Notes: generated from the sequence alone by a model not told the origin. A stretch of 64,000 bases of DNA from Gemmatimonadota bacterium (GCA_039589315.1 JBDHHQ010000006.1:32001-96000), one strand, 5' to 3'. Counted from the first letter of the stretch, positions 19,325 through 29,460 are shown. A program made the numbers and translations.

Positions 19325-20830
19325 ATGCTGGACAGACCACTCAGCCGCGCATCCGCTCGCGCCCCTCTGCTTCGCGCATGGTGGGTGGCGTTGTCGGTTC
19401 TCCTCGCCTCGAGCCGCATCCTCGCGGGGCAGGCGGCCGACGCCGTTCGTGTGGAAGGTCGCGTGCTGGACGCGGAGACGGGTGGCGGCGTAGCCCGCGC
19501 GACGGTCCAGGTCGGCGAGCTCGGCGGCCCTGCGAGTGACCAGAGCGTCACGGACGGTCAGGGAGCCTTCGTCTTCGACGGATTGACGAGCGGGACCCTC
19601 CAGATCCGCGTGCAGCACATCGCGTACGGCCTCAGCACCGACACCCTGAGCGTTGCGGCGGGCGAGCTCGTCACCGTCGAGTACCGGGTCTCGGTCCAGC
19701 CCATCGAGGTCGTGGGAATCTCGGTTACCGCCAGGGCGCGCCGGGCCCCCGCCGAGCTCGCCCGTGGTACGCGTGTCGACGGGATGACGGCGGCCGAGGT
19801 GGACGCGGTCCGGACCCGGGTCAGCTCGATGGAGGATCTCCTCCGGCTCGGACGCGTCCCCGGCCTCTTCATCCGGGAGCAGAACGGCACGCTCTGCGTC
19901 GAGCGCAGCCGCGACCGCGCCCGCCTCGCGGGAGGGTGCAACATGGTGACGGTGGTCGTGGACGAGGTCGTCCAGACCGACGGCGCCGTCGCGGTGACGT
20001 TGCTGAACCCGGACTGGGTGGACAGTTGGGAGCTGGTTCCCTCGTCCGAGGCGGGCGTCCAGTACGGCCTCCTCTCGGGCAACGGCGTGCTCAAGATCCA
20101 GACGCGGAACGGACTGCGTCCTCCCCAGGGGTATGAGGGGATCGCCCAGACCGGGCCGCGCTGGGCCCTGTCGGCGGCCTTCCTCGCTGCCGGATCGTCG
20201 ACGCTGCACGACGGCGTCATCAGGATTCAGAGCGAGGGCGGAGTCGCCGGACTCGCCTACACGGAGCGCACGAGCACTTCGCCGGGCGTGGAGCTCGCCG
20301 TGCGCTGGAACTCCCGACGATGGGGATTCCTCGGAGTGACCGGCTACGGCTCCTCGGGGTCGTCCAACGCCGAGTACAACCTGGGCAACCGCATCGACAC
20401 GGTGGAGCGGGACTACAGCATCGCCGGCGTCGATCTGTGGTGGGGGGCGCCCCTCATGCGCAGAGGTGCGTGGAACGCGAGCCTGGCGCTGGGTCCCTCG
20501 CTGGCTTGGCAGAAGCTCACGGTGGAGGGGCACCCCCAGGAGCTCGGCGATCCCGGGGCGGATCCTCCACCGTCGGTGGAGTGGACGGACCGCAGCTGGT
20601 TCGCGCCGGGCGCCATGTTCCTCGGAGACCTGGGCTATGACTTCGGACCGAGAAGTGGGGTCTTCTTGGGCCTGTCGATCCGCCTGCTCTCGACCAGCGG
20701 CACCGAGAGCTGGGCGACGCAGGACCAGCAAGCCATCCTGGACGCCACGGGCAACGTCGTCGAGCTCACGTATCAGGGCGGCATCGCGGCGTCCTTCTCG
20801 CTCAGGACCGGCTTCCGCTGGTATCCGTAG
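19325..20830 (+). CDS. Outer-membrane protein with carboxypeptidase-regulatory-like domain, plug-like segment and small beta-barrel
   Basis: VEGRVLDAETG..V..ATV, TDGQGAFVF, HIAY; plug-like SEAGVQYG..SGNGVL.IQTR; amphipathic strands ending TGFRWYP. Confidence 0.7.
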   Translation: MLDRPLSRASARAPLLRAWWVALSVLLASSRILAGQAADAVRVEGRVLDAETGGGVARATVQVGELGGPASDQSVTDGQGAFVFDGLTSGTLQIRVQHIAYGLSTDTLSVAAGELVTVEYRVSVQPIEVVGISVTARARRAPAELARGTRVDGMTAAEVDAVRTRVSSMEDLLRLGRVPGLFIREQNGTLCVERSRDRARLAGGCNMVTVVVDEVVQTDGAVAVTLLNPDWVDSWELVPSSEAGVQYGLLSGNGVLKIQTRNGLRPPQGYEGIAQTGPRWALSAAFLAAGSSTLHDGVIRIQSEGGVAGLAYTERTSTSPGVELAVRWNSRRWGFLGVTGYGSSGSSNAEYNLGNRIDTVERDYSIAGVDLWWGAPLMRRGAWNASLALGPSLAWQKLTVEGHPQELGDPGADPPPSVEWTDRSWFAPGAMFLGDLGYDFGPRSGVFLGLSIRLLSTSGTESWATQDQQAILDATGNVVELTYQGGIAASFSLRTGFRWYP

Positions 20831-20866
20831 GCGGCTCGCCAGGCCCCCGGGAGCAGGCCTGCAGGA

Positions 20867-22618
20867 TCAATCGGTGCGCGCCGGCCGCGCCGGCCCGCGG
20901 ATCCACCGCCCTGGCCGCTCCCCCGTATAGGCCCCGTTGAGGATCACGGGCTCTCCATTCACGACCAGATGATGGACGCCCACGGCGTACTGATGCGGAT
21001 CCGTGTAGCTGGCACGGTCCGCGACCGCGCTCGGATCGAACACGGTGAGGTCCGCCAGCATGCCCTCGGCGACGAGCCCCCGCTCCATCTGGCCGTACTG
21101 CTCCGCCGGCATCCGCGTCATCTTCCTCACCGCCTCTTCCAGCGTGACCACGCCCAACTCCCTGACGTACCGGGCCAGCACCCTGGGGAACGCGCCGTAG
21201 CTGCGGGGATGGGGATAGCCGACTCCGTAGGCCACGGGGTCGCCGTCCGTCTCGATCATGGACACGGGATGCTGGAGAATCCGGATCACGTCCTCCTCTG
21301 CCATGCCATGGTATATTGCGCTGAAGCCCCCCTGAGTCTGCAGCTCCATGAGGACCGGAATCGCGGCATCGAGGGTGTTCGGCAGACCTCGGTCGGCCAG
21401 GACGTCGGCCATCGTCTTCCCGTTGAAGCGAGGATCGAAGCGCATGACCCGGATCTGGATGCGCCGCATGTCCTCACCCGGCCGGTCGCTCCGGATCAGA
21501 TCGCGCATCTCGGCTTCGATGCGCGGTCTCAGCTCGGGATCCGCGAACCGTCCGACCATCTCCTCGTGGCCCCCGGCCAGCACCCACTGGGGGAAGAGGA
21601 TGCTGGAGCCGGTCGAGGAGGCAGTGTAGGGGTAGAGGTCGTGGCGAACGTCCAATCCGGCCGCCCGGGCGGAATCGATCATGGCCAGCGTGGCCGCGGA
21701 TTGCCCCCACTGGGCCCGCCCCGCCGCCTTGTGGTGGTTGATCTGGGCCGGGATCCGGGCTTCGTCCGCGATGCGGATGACTTCGGCCACGCTCTCCAGT
21801 AGGCCCGAGGCTTCGTTGCGCATGTGACTCACGTAGATCCCGCCGTGCGCGCTGGCCACCTTGGCGAGCTCGATGACCTCCTCCGTCTCCGCGTATGCAG
21901 CCGGCACGTAGAGCAGGCCCGTGGAGAGCCCGAGAGCCCCCTGGCGCATGGTCGAGTCCACCAAGACCCGCATCTGCCCCAGCTCGCCCTCGGTAGGCGC
22001 CCGATTCTCCATGCCCAGCACCTGACGACGAGTCCAGGTATGGCCCGCGAAGAACCCGACGTTGACCGCCACGTCGAGGGATCGCGCGTACTCCTCGAGG
22101 GGCCAGGGCTGCCCTCCCGAGTGAAGGCTCGCGATGATCGTCGTGATGCCCTGTCGCGTGAAGTTCTCGGCCAGCGGGTACTCGTGGATGGTGGTCTGGA
22201 TGTGGGCGTGGTTGTCGATGAAGCCCGGCGCGACGACCAGCCCTTCGGCGTCGACCACCGTGGTGGCCAGGGAAGGATCGATCCCCTCGGTGGACACGGC
22301 GACGATGCGGTCCCCACGGATGGCCACGTCGGCTGCAAAACCTGGATCTCCCGAGCCGTCGACCACCGTCCCACCGACGAATGCCAGGTCGTAGAGGGTG
22401 TCCGCGGCTCCCGTGGCGGGGTCGCCACGGCCCCCGTCGGAGGGCGCGCACGCAGCGATCAGAAGGGCAAGCGTCGCAAGGGCCACGCGCCACGTGGCGC
22501 CCGGGATCGGGCGACAGAGAGTCGGGCGAGTCCTGGCGGCGGTGGTGCCCGTGTGGGCTCCACTCGGGGGGAGTCGGGTCATGCCGGGCAAGGCGCGGCG
22601 GTCGGGCGCATTGTCCAT
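20867..22618 (-). CDS. N-acyl-D-amino-acid deacylase (amidohydrolase), lipoprotein
   Basis: GGTVVDGSG, APGFIDNHAH, GLSTGLLY, SHMRNE, HPRSYGAFPRVL, AVRKMT.MPA. Start uncertain. Confidence 0.9.
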   Translation of the reverse strand: MDNAPDRRALPGMTRLPPSGAHTGTTAARTRPTLCRPIPGATWRVALATLALLIAACAPSDGGRGDPATGAADTLYDLAFVGGTVVDGSGDPGFAADVAIRGDRIVAVSTEGIDPSLATTVVDAEGLVVAPGFIDNHAHIQTTIHEYPLAENFTRQGITTIIASLHSGGQPWPLEEYARSLDVAVNVGFFAGHTWTRRQVLGMENRAPTEGELGQMRVLVDSTMRQGALGLSTGLLYVPAAYAETEEVIELAKVASAHGGIYVSHMRNEASGLLESVAEVIRIADEARIPAQINHHKAAGRAQWGQSAATLAMIDSARAAGLDVRHDLYPYTASSTGSSILFPQWVLAGGHEEMVGRFADPELRPRIEAEMRDLIRSDRPGEDMRRIQIRVMRFDPRFNGKTMADVLADRGLPNTLDAAIPVLMELQTQGGFSAIYHGMAEEDVIRILQHPVSMIETDGDPVAYGVGYPHPRSYGAFPRVLARYVRELGVVTLEEAVRKMTRMPAEQYGQMERGLVAEGMLADLTVFDPSAVADRASYTDPHQYAVGVHHLVVNGEPVILNGAYTGERPGRWIRGPARPARTD

Positions 22619-22786
22619 GATTGCCTCCGGATCGGGCCACGAAGAGTAGCGCCGGACCGACCCCGTCGCACGACGCTCTCCACAGGGCCGGGTCGGCTCC
22701 GCCGCAATGCCCACCGACCGACCACTTGAGATTCGCGGGGCACGGCCCCCAAGTTGACGGCCTCACCCGAACCAGAGAGGCACCTG

Positions 22787-24346
22787 ATGACGAAGCTCTG
22801 GACGCCGACATGTCGCGGGGGGCTCGCGGTAGTCCTCGTCGCTGGGATGGCTTGCTCGGAGGCCGACGAGCCTGCCGCCGAGGCCGTGGTCGTATCCGCC
22901 GACGTGGAGGATCGTGACGCCGCGCTGGTGGCGCGTGCGGCACAGTTCGAGCTGAACACGGAGTGGGAGGTGCCTCCAGGAGATCCCTTCGAGCACTCGA
23001 CCGCGGGCTTCGCCAAGATCCTCTGTTCCGCGGTCTTCATCACCGGGCGGGACTGGAGGGAGGCGGCCGAGAACGCGGGCTACTTCGTCTCCAAGCCCGA
23101 GGAGCGCACGATCGTCACCGACACGGTGATCGATCTCGAGGGACGGGCGGTCCACCTCACCATGGAGAACGGCGTCACGCGCACCGCCAGGTTCTACGGC
23201 GATCAGGGGTGCGTGACACTGCCCAGGGGCGAGGACTCGGCGTACTTCGCGCCGGTCGCGGTGGAGAGCGCGCTCCCCGACGCCGCCACCACCCTCTGGC
23301 CCATGGGAGACCGGCTACCGGACGAGCCGCTGCCGCCCGGGGTCGATGCGGAGAAGGTGGCGGCCGCCGTGGAGGCCGCGTTCGATCCACCGGAGGGACT
23401 CACGGCCGCGTTCGTGGTCACCTACCGGGGCCGCATCATCGGCGAGCGCTATATGGACGGCCTGGACATGCACACCCAGCTCGCCAGCTGGTCCATGGGC
23501 AAGAGTCTCACCGGGACCCTGATGGGTCGCTTGATCCACATGGGTGTGTACGGGCTGTGGCAACCCGCCCCAGTTGATCCTTGGTATCAGGTGACCGACG
23601 ATCCACGGGCGGCGATCCGCATCGGCGACATCATGCGCATGTCGTCGGGCCTCCGCTTCGTGGCCCCGCAGGATCCGGACTACGAGTACGAGCTGGGCTA
23701 CCCGGCCGGGTATCCGGATCACATCTACGTGTACACCGGCGCCATCGACGCCTTCGAGTGGGCCACGACCCGACCGGCGCAATGGCCGCCCAACACCGTG
23801 GGTCGGTACCGAAACTCGGATCCCCTCACCATCAACTACCTGATCCGGAAGGCCGTGGAGGAGCGAGGTGAGGAGTATCTCACGTTCCCACAGCGAGAGC
23901 TCTTCGATCGCATCGGCATCCGCAAGATGTACCTGGAGACGGATCCGTATGGGAACCTCCTCCTGCAGGGCTACGACTTCGGCACGGGCCGCAACTGGGC
24001 TCGCCTCGGCAATCTCTACTTGCAGGACGGCGTGTGGCAGGGCGAGCGGCTCCTGCCCGAGGGCTGGTCCGATTACGCCGGCACCGTGGCCCCTGCATGG
24101 GAGGCCGACGGACGGATGCAGTACGGCGGGTCCTTCTTCTGGGTCAACGGCGAGGACCAGTTCCCGATCCCCCGGGACGCCTACTACATGGCGGGAGCGG
24201 GAGGGCAGAACACGATCATCATCCCCTCGCGCGACCTGGTCGTGGTGCGCCTCGGCCACTACAAGGGCAGCGGGCCGGGGCGCGACGCCCTGGAGCGGGC
24301 ACTCGAGCTGCTGATGGAGGCGGTGCCGGCGGGGTCGGGCTCGTGA
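22787..24346 (+). CDS. Serine hydrolase, beta-lactamase class C-like, lipoprotein
   Basis: SWSMGKS (SxxK), MSSGL, GAGGQ, IIPSRDLVVVRLG. Confidence 0.9.
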   Translation: MTKLWTPTCRGGLAVVLVAGMACSEADEPAAEAVVVSADVEDRDAALVARAAQFELNTEWEVPPGDPFEHSTAGFAKILCSAVFITGRDWREAAENAGYFVSKPEERTIVTDTVIDLEGRAVHLTMENGVTRTARFYGDQGCVTLPRGEDSAYFAPVAVESALPDAATTLWPMGDRLPDEPLPPGVDAEKVAAAVEAAFDPPEGLTAAFVVTYRGRIIGERYMDGLDMHTQLASWSMGKSLTGTLMGRLIHMGVYGLWQPAPVDPWYQVTDDPRAAIRIGDIMRMSSGLRFVAPQDPDYEYELGYPAGYPDHIYVYTGAIDAFEWATTRPAQWPPNTVGRYRNSDPLTINYLIRKAVEERGEEYLTFPQRELFDRIGIRKMYLETDPYGNLLLQGYDFGTGRNWARLGNLYLQDGVWQGERLLPEGWSDYAGTVAPAWEADGRMQYGGSFFWVNGEDQFPIPRDAYYMAGAGGQNTIIIPSRDLVVVRLGHYKGSGPGRDALERALELLMEAVPAGSGS

Positions 24347-24506
24347 GATGCGGAGGGATTCACATGCTCGCTCTACCGCGCTCCAGTGGTCGTGTCGAGA
24401 GCCCGTCCGGGCCCTCGTGAGCTGGGCGCCCGGCGGAGAGGCGGACCGCATCGCTCCCTTCTTCACCGAACGGCCCGTCGGCCAGCGGTAGGGAGGCCGG
24501 CGGAGC

Positions 24507-25415
24507 TCAGGCTCGCCGGAGGAGGGGGCGGGCCAGGCAGGTGGGGCCTCCGCACCCCTTGTGGCTGATCTCGGCGCCGTTGAAGACGATGACCTCCACC
24601 CCGGCTTCCTCCAGCCGGCGCCGGGTGACGGGGCTCCCGTCCACGGCCAGCACCTTGCGGGGGGCCAGCGCAAGGACGTTGGGTCCCTTCGAGTCCAGCT
24701 CTTCGGCCGGTACCTCGACGAGCTGCATCCCCCTCTCCAGAAGCGCCTGCCGGAACGGCACCGGCATGAGCGGCGAGTGGACCAGGGCGAGGTCGTGGTC
24801 CACGGGGCTCAGGATGGACATCAGGTGGAAGACGTCGTCAGGGCCACGGTGGTGGGGCAGGGGGACGACGATGAGCCGGTCGATCTCGTCCCGGACCAGA
24901 GCGCGGAGCTGGCGGATGCCCTCGTCGTTGGTCCGGTAACCTCGGCCAACGGCCAGCGTGCGCCGGTCCAGCCAGACGACGTCGCCTCCCTCGAGGCACC
25001 CCTCGCCCGTGATCTCGCCGAGGATGGGAATGCCCAGCGTCCTGAGTGCGGCAGCCTGGGCCGGTGGCTCGCCACGCCGCGCTGCCTTGCCCATCCGGCA
25101 GAGCACGACGCCCTGATCCGTCGTCACGGAGGCGTCGCGCACGTAGAGCGAATCGAGGCCCACGCTCTCGGCCGGCGGGAGCAGGTCCACGCGGACGCCC
25201 AATCCCTGGAAGACCGCCAGGAGCCGGTCGTATTCCTCCACCGCCCGCGCCAGGTCCGGCGGGCCCAAGTAGCGCAGGTCCTCCCACTCGGCAGCGATCC
25301 GCTCCTGGCTGAGGAACGCGTCCCGGGGGTGCTTCAGCAGGATGCGCTCCAGGGTCCCAACCTCGCACTGGGCGGTCAGCTCGATCGCCCGGGCGGGGGC
25401 GTGCGGGGGGGTCAC
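24507..25415 (-). CDS. Amidinotransferase / dimethylarginine dimethylaminohydrolase family protein
   Basis: YVRD, RRGE, LEGGD, RTN..G, GGPTCL (catalytic Cys); GTG overlaps the upstream stop. Confidence 0.85.
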   Translation of the reverse strand: MTPPHAPARAIELTAQCEVGTLERILLKHPRDAFLSQERIAAEWEDLRYLGPPDLARAVEEYDRLLAVFQGLGVRVDLLPPAESVGLDSLYVRDASVTTDQGVVLCRMGKAARRGEPPAQAAALRTLGIPILGEITGEGCLEGGDVVWLDRRTLAVGRGYRTNDEGIRQLRALVRDEIDRLIVVPLPHHRGPDDVFHLMSILSPVDHDLALVHSPLMPVPFRQALLERGMQLVEVPAEELDSKGPNVLALAPRKVLAVDGSPVTRRRLEEAGVEVIVFNGAEISHKGCGGPTCLARPLLRRA

Positions 25416-27820
25416 GGCCGGTCCAGGGCGTCGAAGGTCACGTTCCAGATCGGGTACCGTTCCCATCCGTCGTAATCGAAGTGCCACCACTCGAAGTCGT
25501 ACACCCTGAATCCCTCGGCCTCCATGGCGTCCCGCAGCAGCTCGCGGTGCCACCGCTGCCGGGAGGTTCCGCCGGCGTAGTCCGGGAACGAGCGCTCGGA
25601 GAACTCGTCGTAGACGCTCGTCATGGCGACGGGCTCGCCCGTGGCCCGATCGAAGAGCGTGAGGTCGACGGCGGCGCCGCGGTTGTGCCGTGACCCACTG
25701 GACGGGTCAGCCACGAAGATCTTCATGCTCTCCGGGGTGGCGTCCCAGAACATCTTCGTCACGTACCAGGGCCGATACGCGTCGTGGATGAGGAGCCCGT
25801 AGCCGTGCTCCTCCAGACGCCAATGGACCCTGGCCAGAGCTTCGGCTGCCGGCCGCTGCAGGAAGGCGCGGGGCTCCGTGTAGAACGGGGTCGACATGAA
25901 GTTGTCGCTGGTCGCATAGCGAACGTCGAGACGGATCGAGGGGTCGAGGGAGGTCACCTCGACCAGGTCCGGCTCCAGGAACTCACCCGGCTCTGGCGGC
26001 GGACTCGCCGAGAGAGCCTCGGCCCGGAGCTCGGCCAGGGCTATCACCGGTTCGATCCGGAACACGTCTCCGTCACTGGGGCCGACGTTCCGGCGCTCGA
26101 AGGGGATGCCCGCCGCAACGGCCCCGGTGGCCCGACCCGAGGCGTCCCTGCGGAAGACGAGCTCCTCACCGTGGTAGAGCCCTCGGTCGCCCGGGAAGGC
26201 GTACCGGTCCTCTCCGAGCCGCTCCATGGGGTTGAGCTCCAACCATTCGATCAGCGTCCAGAGCTGTCCGTCACGCTCGAAGACGAACAGGACGTTGTGG
26301 TCCCAGCCGTACTCGCCGATCAGTCCTCGCCACTCGTCGGACACCGGATCGGGCCGGTCCCAATCCTCCCTGCGTAGGGTTCGATTCCCGACGGTGATCG
26401 TGCCGTCCTCGACCGCCTCGACGCGGCCGAACGCCATGCGGTCGTCTACGACCAGCCCGTCGTCCATGGTTCGCATCTCCAGCCGGTACCCGCCCCGCGT
26501 CTGGGTGACGAAAAGCTGGTCGCCGCGGGCCTGCAGATCCAGGCCGCCCTCGTCGTCCCGGTACCGGCCCGCAAGATCGTCCGCGATACCGGGCGGCAAG
26601 GGCTTGCTCGACTCGAGGGCGGGCAGGGGGGTGCCCTCCCGGTAGGCGAGCATGAGCCTCAACGCAGCACTGGCGATGCGACCCGTCACTCCGTTGGAGA
26701 AATCCCGCGTGGTGGCCACGACCACGCCGAGCCTCTGGTCGGGCAGTGCCGCCAGCTGGGTGGAGAATCCGTAGATCGCTCCCCCATGGCCCACCTGGCG
26801 CTCACCGTCGAGCATCGTGATCCCGAAGCCGATCCCTCGGCCGGTCGCGGCGCCCGCCTCGTCGAATTGGGGCGTCCACATGGTGTCCAACGTCTCGGGG
26901 GCCAGGATCCGGCCGTCCCGCCCTTCGCCCCCGGCGAAGAGAGCCGACATGAAGAGGGCGAGGTCGGTGACCGTGGCGTACATGCTACCGGCGGGAGACA
27001 TGCCGAGCTCGAAGGTGGGCGCCGTGAACTCCCGTCCGTCGTAGCTCCACATGACGGCGCCGGCGAGATCCTCGGTGATGTCGGACCTGGGGACGAACGC
27101 GCTGTGCCGCATGCCCAGCGGGCGGAGCACCGCGTGGTCCAGGTACTCCGCGAAGGGCTGGCGCCGGGTGCGCTCCAGCACATACCCCACCACGGCGATG
27201 GCCGCGTTCGAGTACTTGTGACGCGACTCCGGAGCGTACACCAACGAGGTGCCGTTGAGGCTCGCGACCGTAGCCTCGAGGCTGGGCTCGGTGGGATCGA
27301 AGTAGTGACCCACCGGCGGCTCCCGGACGAGACCAGACCTGTGGGACAGAAGCTGCCGCAGCGTGATCTCTCCGCCGAAGGGGTTCTCCGGGGCGAAGTC
27401 CGGCAGGTACCGCTGCACGGGGGCGTCCAGGTCCAACTCCCCCCGCTCCACCAGCTGCATGACGGCGACGTCCGTGAACAGCTTCGAGACGGAGCCGACT
27501 CGGTAGACCGTCGCGGCAGTGGCAGGCTCGCCCGTCTCGGGATCCTGCGCCCCGAAGCCTCGGGCCCACACCAGCTCCTGGTCGTCCACGAGCGCGATGG
27601 AGAGGGCGGGAAGCTCCTTCTGCTCCATCTCCGCGGCGATGAACGTCTCGAGGGCCTCCGTGACGGGAGCCCAATCCTCGGCCGTCGCCGGTCCCTCGGG
27701 AGCGTCCGTTCCCAGTGTGCCGCAGCCCCATGCGGCTGCAAGGAGCAGGCCGGCGCACCACACCCGACTGCGGAGCGACGACAACGAACGGACTCCACGA
27801 TCGCACACGGACAGCTGCAT
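25412..27820 (-). CDS. Fusion of a beta-lactamase-like serine hydrolase and a C-terminal M15 D-Ala-D-Ala dipeptidase (VanX/DdpX-like)
   Basis: SVSK, LLSHRSGL, YSN, HGG; then DAYRP, SRHNRGAAVD, EWWHF. Confidence 0.9.
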   Translation of the reverse strand: MQLSVCDRGVRSLSSLRSRVWCAGLLLAAAWGCGTLGTDAPEGPATAEDWAPVTEALETFIAAEMEQKELPALSIALVDDQELVWARGFGAQDPETGEPATAATVYRVGSVSKLFTDVAVMQLVERGELDLDAPVQRYLPDFAPENPFGGEITLRQLLSHRSGLVREPPVGHYFDPTEPSLEATVASLNGTSLVYAPESRHKYSNAAIAVVGYVLERTRRQPFAEYLDHAVLRPLGMRHSAFVPRSDITEDLAGAVMWSYDGREFTAPTFELGMSPAGSMYATVTDLALFMSALFAGGEGRDGRILAPETLDTMWTPQFDEAGAATGRGIGFGITMLDGERQVGHGGAIYGFSTQLAALPDQRLGVVVATTRDFSNGVTGRIASAALRLMLAYREGTPLPALESSKPLPPGIADDLAGRYRDDEGGLDLQARGDQLFVTQTRGGYRLEMRTMDDGLVVDDRMAFGRVEAVEDGTITVGNRTLRREDWDRPDPVSDEWRGLIGEYGWDHNVLFVFERDGQLWTLIEWLELNPMERLGEDRYAFPGDRGLYHGEELVFRRDASGRATGAVAAGIPFERRNVGPSDGDVFRIEPVIALAELRAEALSASPPPEPGEFLEPDLVEVTSLDPSIRLDVRYATSDNFMSTPFYTEPRAFLQRPAAEALARVHWRLEEHGYGLLIHDAYRPWYVTKMFWDATPESMKIFVADPSSGSRHNRGAAVDLTLFDRATGEPVAMTSVYDEFSERSFPDYAGGTSRQRWHRELLRDAMEAEGFRVYDFEWWHFDYDGWERYPIWNVTFDALDRP

Positions 27821-27962
27821 CGGTTCGACCCTCGCTGTGGCGCGGTTCGGGGCGACGGGCCGAGCCCGCGGCGCACCCCCACTGGCCAGAAAGGCTACCT
27901 CACGACGACGCCGCTCGCCACTCGCCTGTTCTGCCGCTGCCTCCTGGCATTGCCAACGCCCG

Positions 27963-28376
27963 TCAGGTCGTCAGTAACGCCTGCAGCTCTCCGAGCTCCT
28001 CGGACCACCCCTCGGTGTTCTGTTGCTGATGATGATCGGTTCGGAAGCCTGACTCCCGAAGGCGGAGAATCGTCCCGCCCCCGTCTCTCGGGCTGAGGCT
28101 CCACTCCACCAGGGTCGAGGGCGCGTCGTCGAAGTCCACGTCCGGTTCGTGGACCCACCGCCAGACGAAGCGGTGCGGTGGGTCGACTACTTCGACCCGG
28201 ACGGCGAACGAGCCGTGCTGGTCCCAGATCATCGCGCCGTCGCTCCCCGGAGTCAGATCGAGTCGGGTGTCGTCGCCGAACCACTGGGACAGCTCTGCCG
28301 GATCGGTGATCGCTCTCCACACGCGCTCGGGGGAGGCGTCGAACTCCATCGTCTTCTCGATCGTGCGCTCGCTCAT
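27963..28376 (-). CDS. SRPBCC/AHSA1-like ligand-binding protein
   Basis: ASPERVWRAITDPAELSQWF, LRLRESGF, NTEGW; ATGA-coupled to arsR. Confidence 0.9.
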   Translation of the reverse strand: MSERTIEKTMEFDASPERVWRAITDPAELSQWFGDDTRLDLTPGSDGAMIWDQHGSFAVRVEVVDPPHRFVWRWVHEPDVDFDDAPSTLVEWSLSPRDGGGTILRLRESGFRTDHHQQQNTEGWSEELGELQALLTT

Positions 28377-28681
28377 CGGTCTTCCTCCAGGTGTTGGCGA
28401 AGTCGCGCCAGACGTTCGTCCCACGCAGCCGCGTAGGGGGCCAACCAGGCGTCGATGGCCTCGAGGGGCGTGGCCCGGAGCTCGTGGTACCGTTCACGGC
28501 CTCGGACCACCCGGCGGATGAGCCGCGCGCCTTCGAGCACGTCCAGGTGCTTCGTGACGGCCTGCCGGCTCATGGGCAGCGGCTCGCTGAGCTGCTTCAC
28601 CGTCAGCGGGCCCTCACGACGAAGCCGCTCGAGGATCTCTCTGCGCGTGGGGTCGGCGACCGCTCCGAACACGTCTGACAT
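28373..28681 (-). CDS. ArsR/SmtB family transcriptional regulator
   Basis: VFGAVADPTRREILERL, MSRQAVTKHLDVLEGA.L, GRER. Confidence 0.95.
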   Translation of the reverse strand: MSDVFGAVADPTRREILERLRREGPLTVKQLSEPLPMSRQAVTKHLDVLEGARLIRRVVRGRERYHELRATPLEAIDAWLAPYAAAWDERLARLRQHLEEDR

Positions 28682-28717
28682 GAGAGGATCATATGCAACC
28701 ATATGGTTGCATGTCAA
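28682..28717 (-). promoter_or_regulatory. Leaderless promoter with a perfect 20-bp palindromic operator
   Basis: TTGACA-N18-TATGAT-N6-ATG; palindrome ATGCAACCATATGGTTGCAT at 28693-28712 fills the spacer. Confidence 0.85.
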
Positions 28718-28776
28718 GAGCGGCTGCCCCAGGGGGGGTGGGAAGGGGTGGCGGAGAGGCGGCAGAAGCCCGGAGG

Positions 28777-29460
28777 CTAACGAGCCTGGAGTCGCTCCAG
28801 GGCTGCCGCCGCATCGGCGTTGCCTCGAACGGCGGACTCCCGGTACCAGCGCCGCGCCTCGTCCCGGTTCGCTGGCACGCCACGCCCCTCCTCGTACATC
28901 ATCCCGAGGCGCAGGGCCGGGATGGCATCGCCCTGCCTGGCTGCCTCGAGCCACCAGATGACCGCGAGGGAGTCGCTTTGCTCGACGCCCTCTCCCTCGA
29001 AATAGACGTTGCCGAGATTGTGCTGGGCCAGGACATGCTTGCTGACCGCCGCTCTGAGGTACCACACGACGGCCTCGAGGGGGTTCTTCTCGACGCCAAG
29101 AGCCTCGGCGTGGGCAGTCCCCATGAGGAATTGCGCTTCGGCAAGGCCCGAGTCCGCGACCGCTCGTACCTGATCGATGACGCCGGCCGCCAGGGCGCGG
29201 GCGCGCTCGGGATCCTCCTCGAACCCCATGCGGCCCCTGGAGTGAACCCGGGCCAGCCACATGACCGAGATGGGGTCTTCGTCGGCGACGGCTTGGCGGA
29301 GGAGATCGGCCGCTCGTTCGTTGTCCACAGTCCCTGCGACGCCCGTGTACCACTCGATGGACTCGGCCAGGCGCGGGTCCAGCTCCTGGGCCGCGGCGTC
29401 ACCCGGGTGCGCGAGGACGGCGACGGCAACGCTGGCGAGGACGATGGACCGAACCGTCAT
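28777..29460 (-). CDS. Sel1-like repeat protein, exported
   Basis: AQFLMG...GVEKN..EAVVWY, AQHNLG..Y.EGEGV, LGMMYEEGRGV; signal peptide. Confidence 0.9.
   Translation of the reverse strand: MTVRSIVLASVAVAVLAHPGDAAAQELDPRLAESIEWYTGVAGTVDNERAADLLRQAVADEDPISVMWLARVHSRGRMGFEEDPERARALAAGVIDQVRAVADSGLAEAQFLMGTAHAEALGVEKNPLEAVVWYLRAAVSKHVLAQHNLGNVYFEGEGVEQSDSLAVIWWLEAARQGDAIPALRLGMMYEEGRGVPANRDEARRWYRESAVRGNADAAAALERLQAR

Noticed and set aside
25412..27820. vanX or beta-lactamase as antibiotic-resistance genes
   Set aside because: No vanHA or vanRS context; these hydrolase families are widespread housekeeping or catabolic enzymes.
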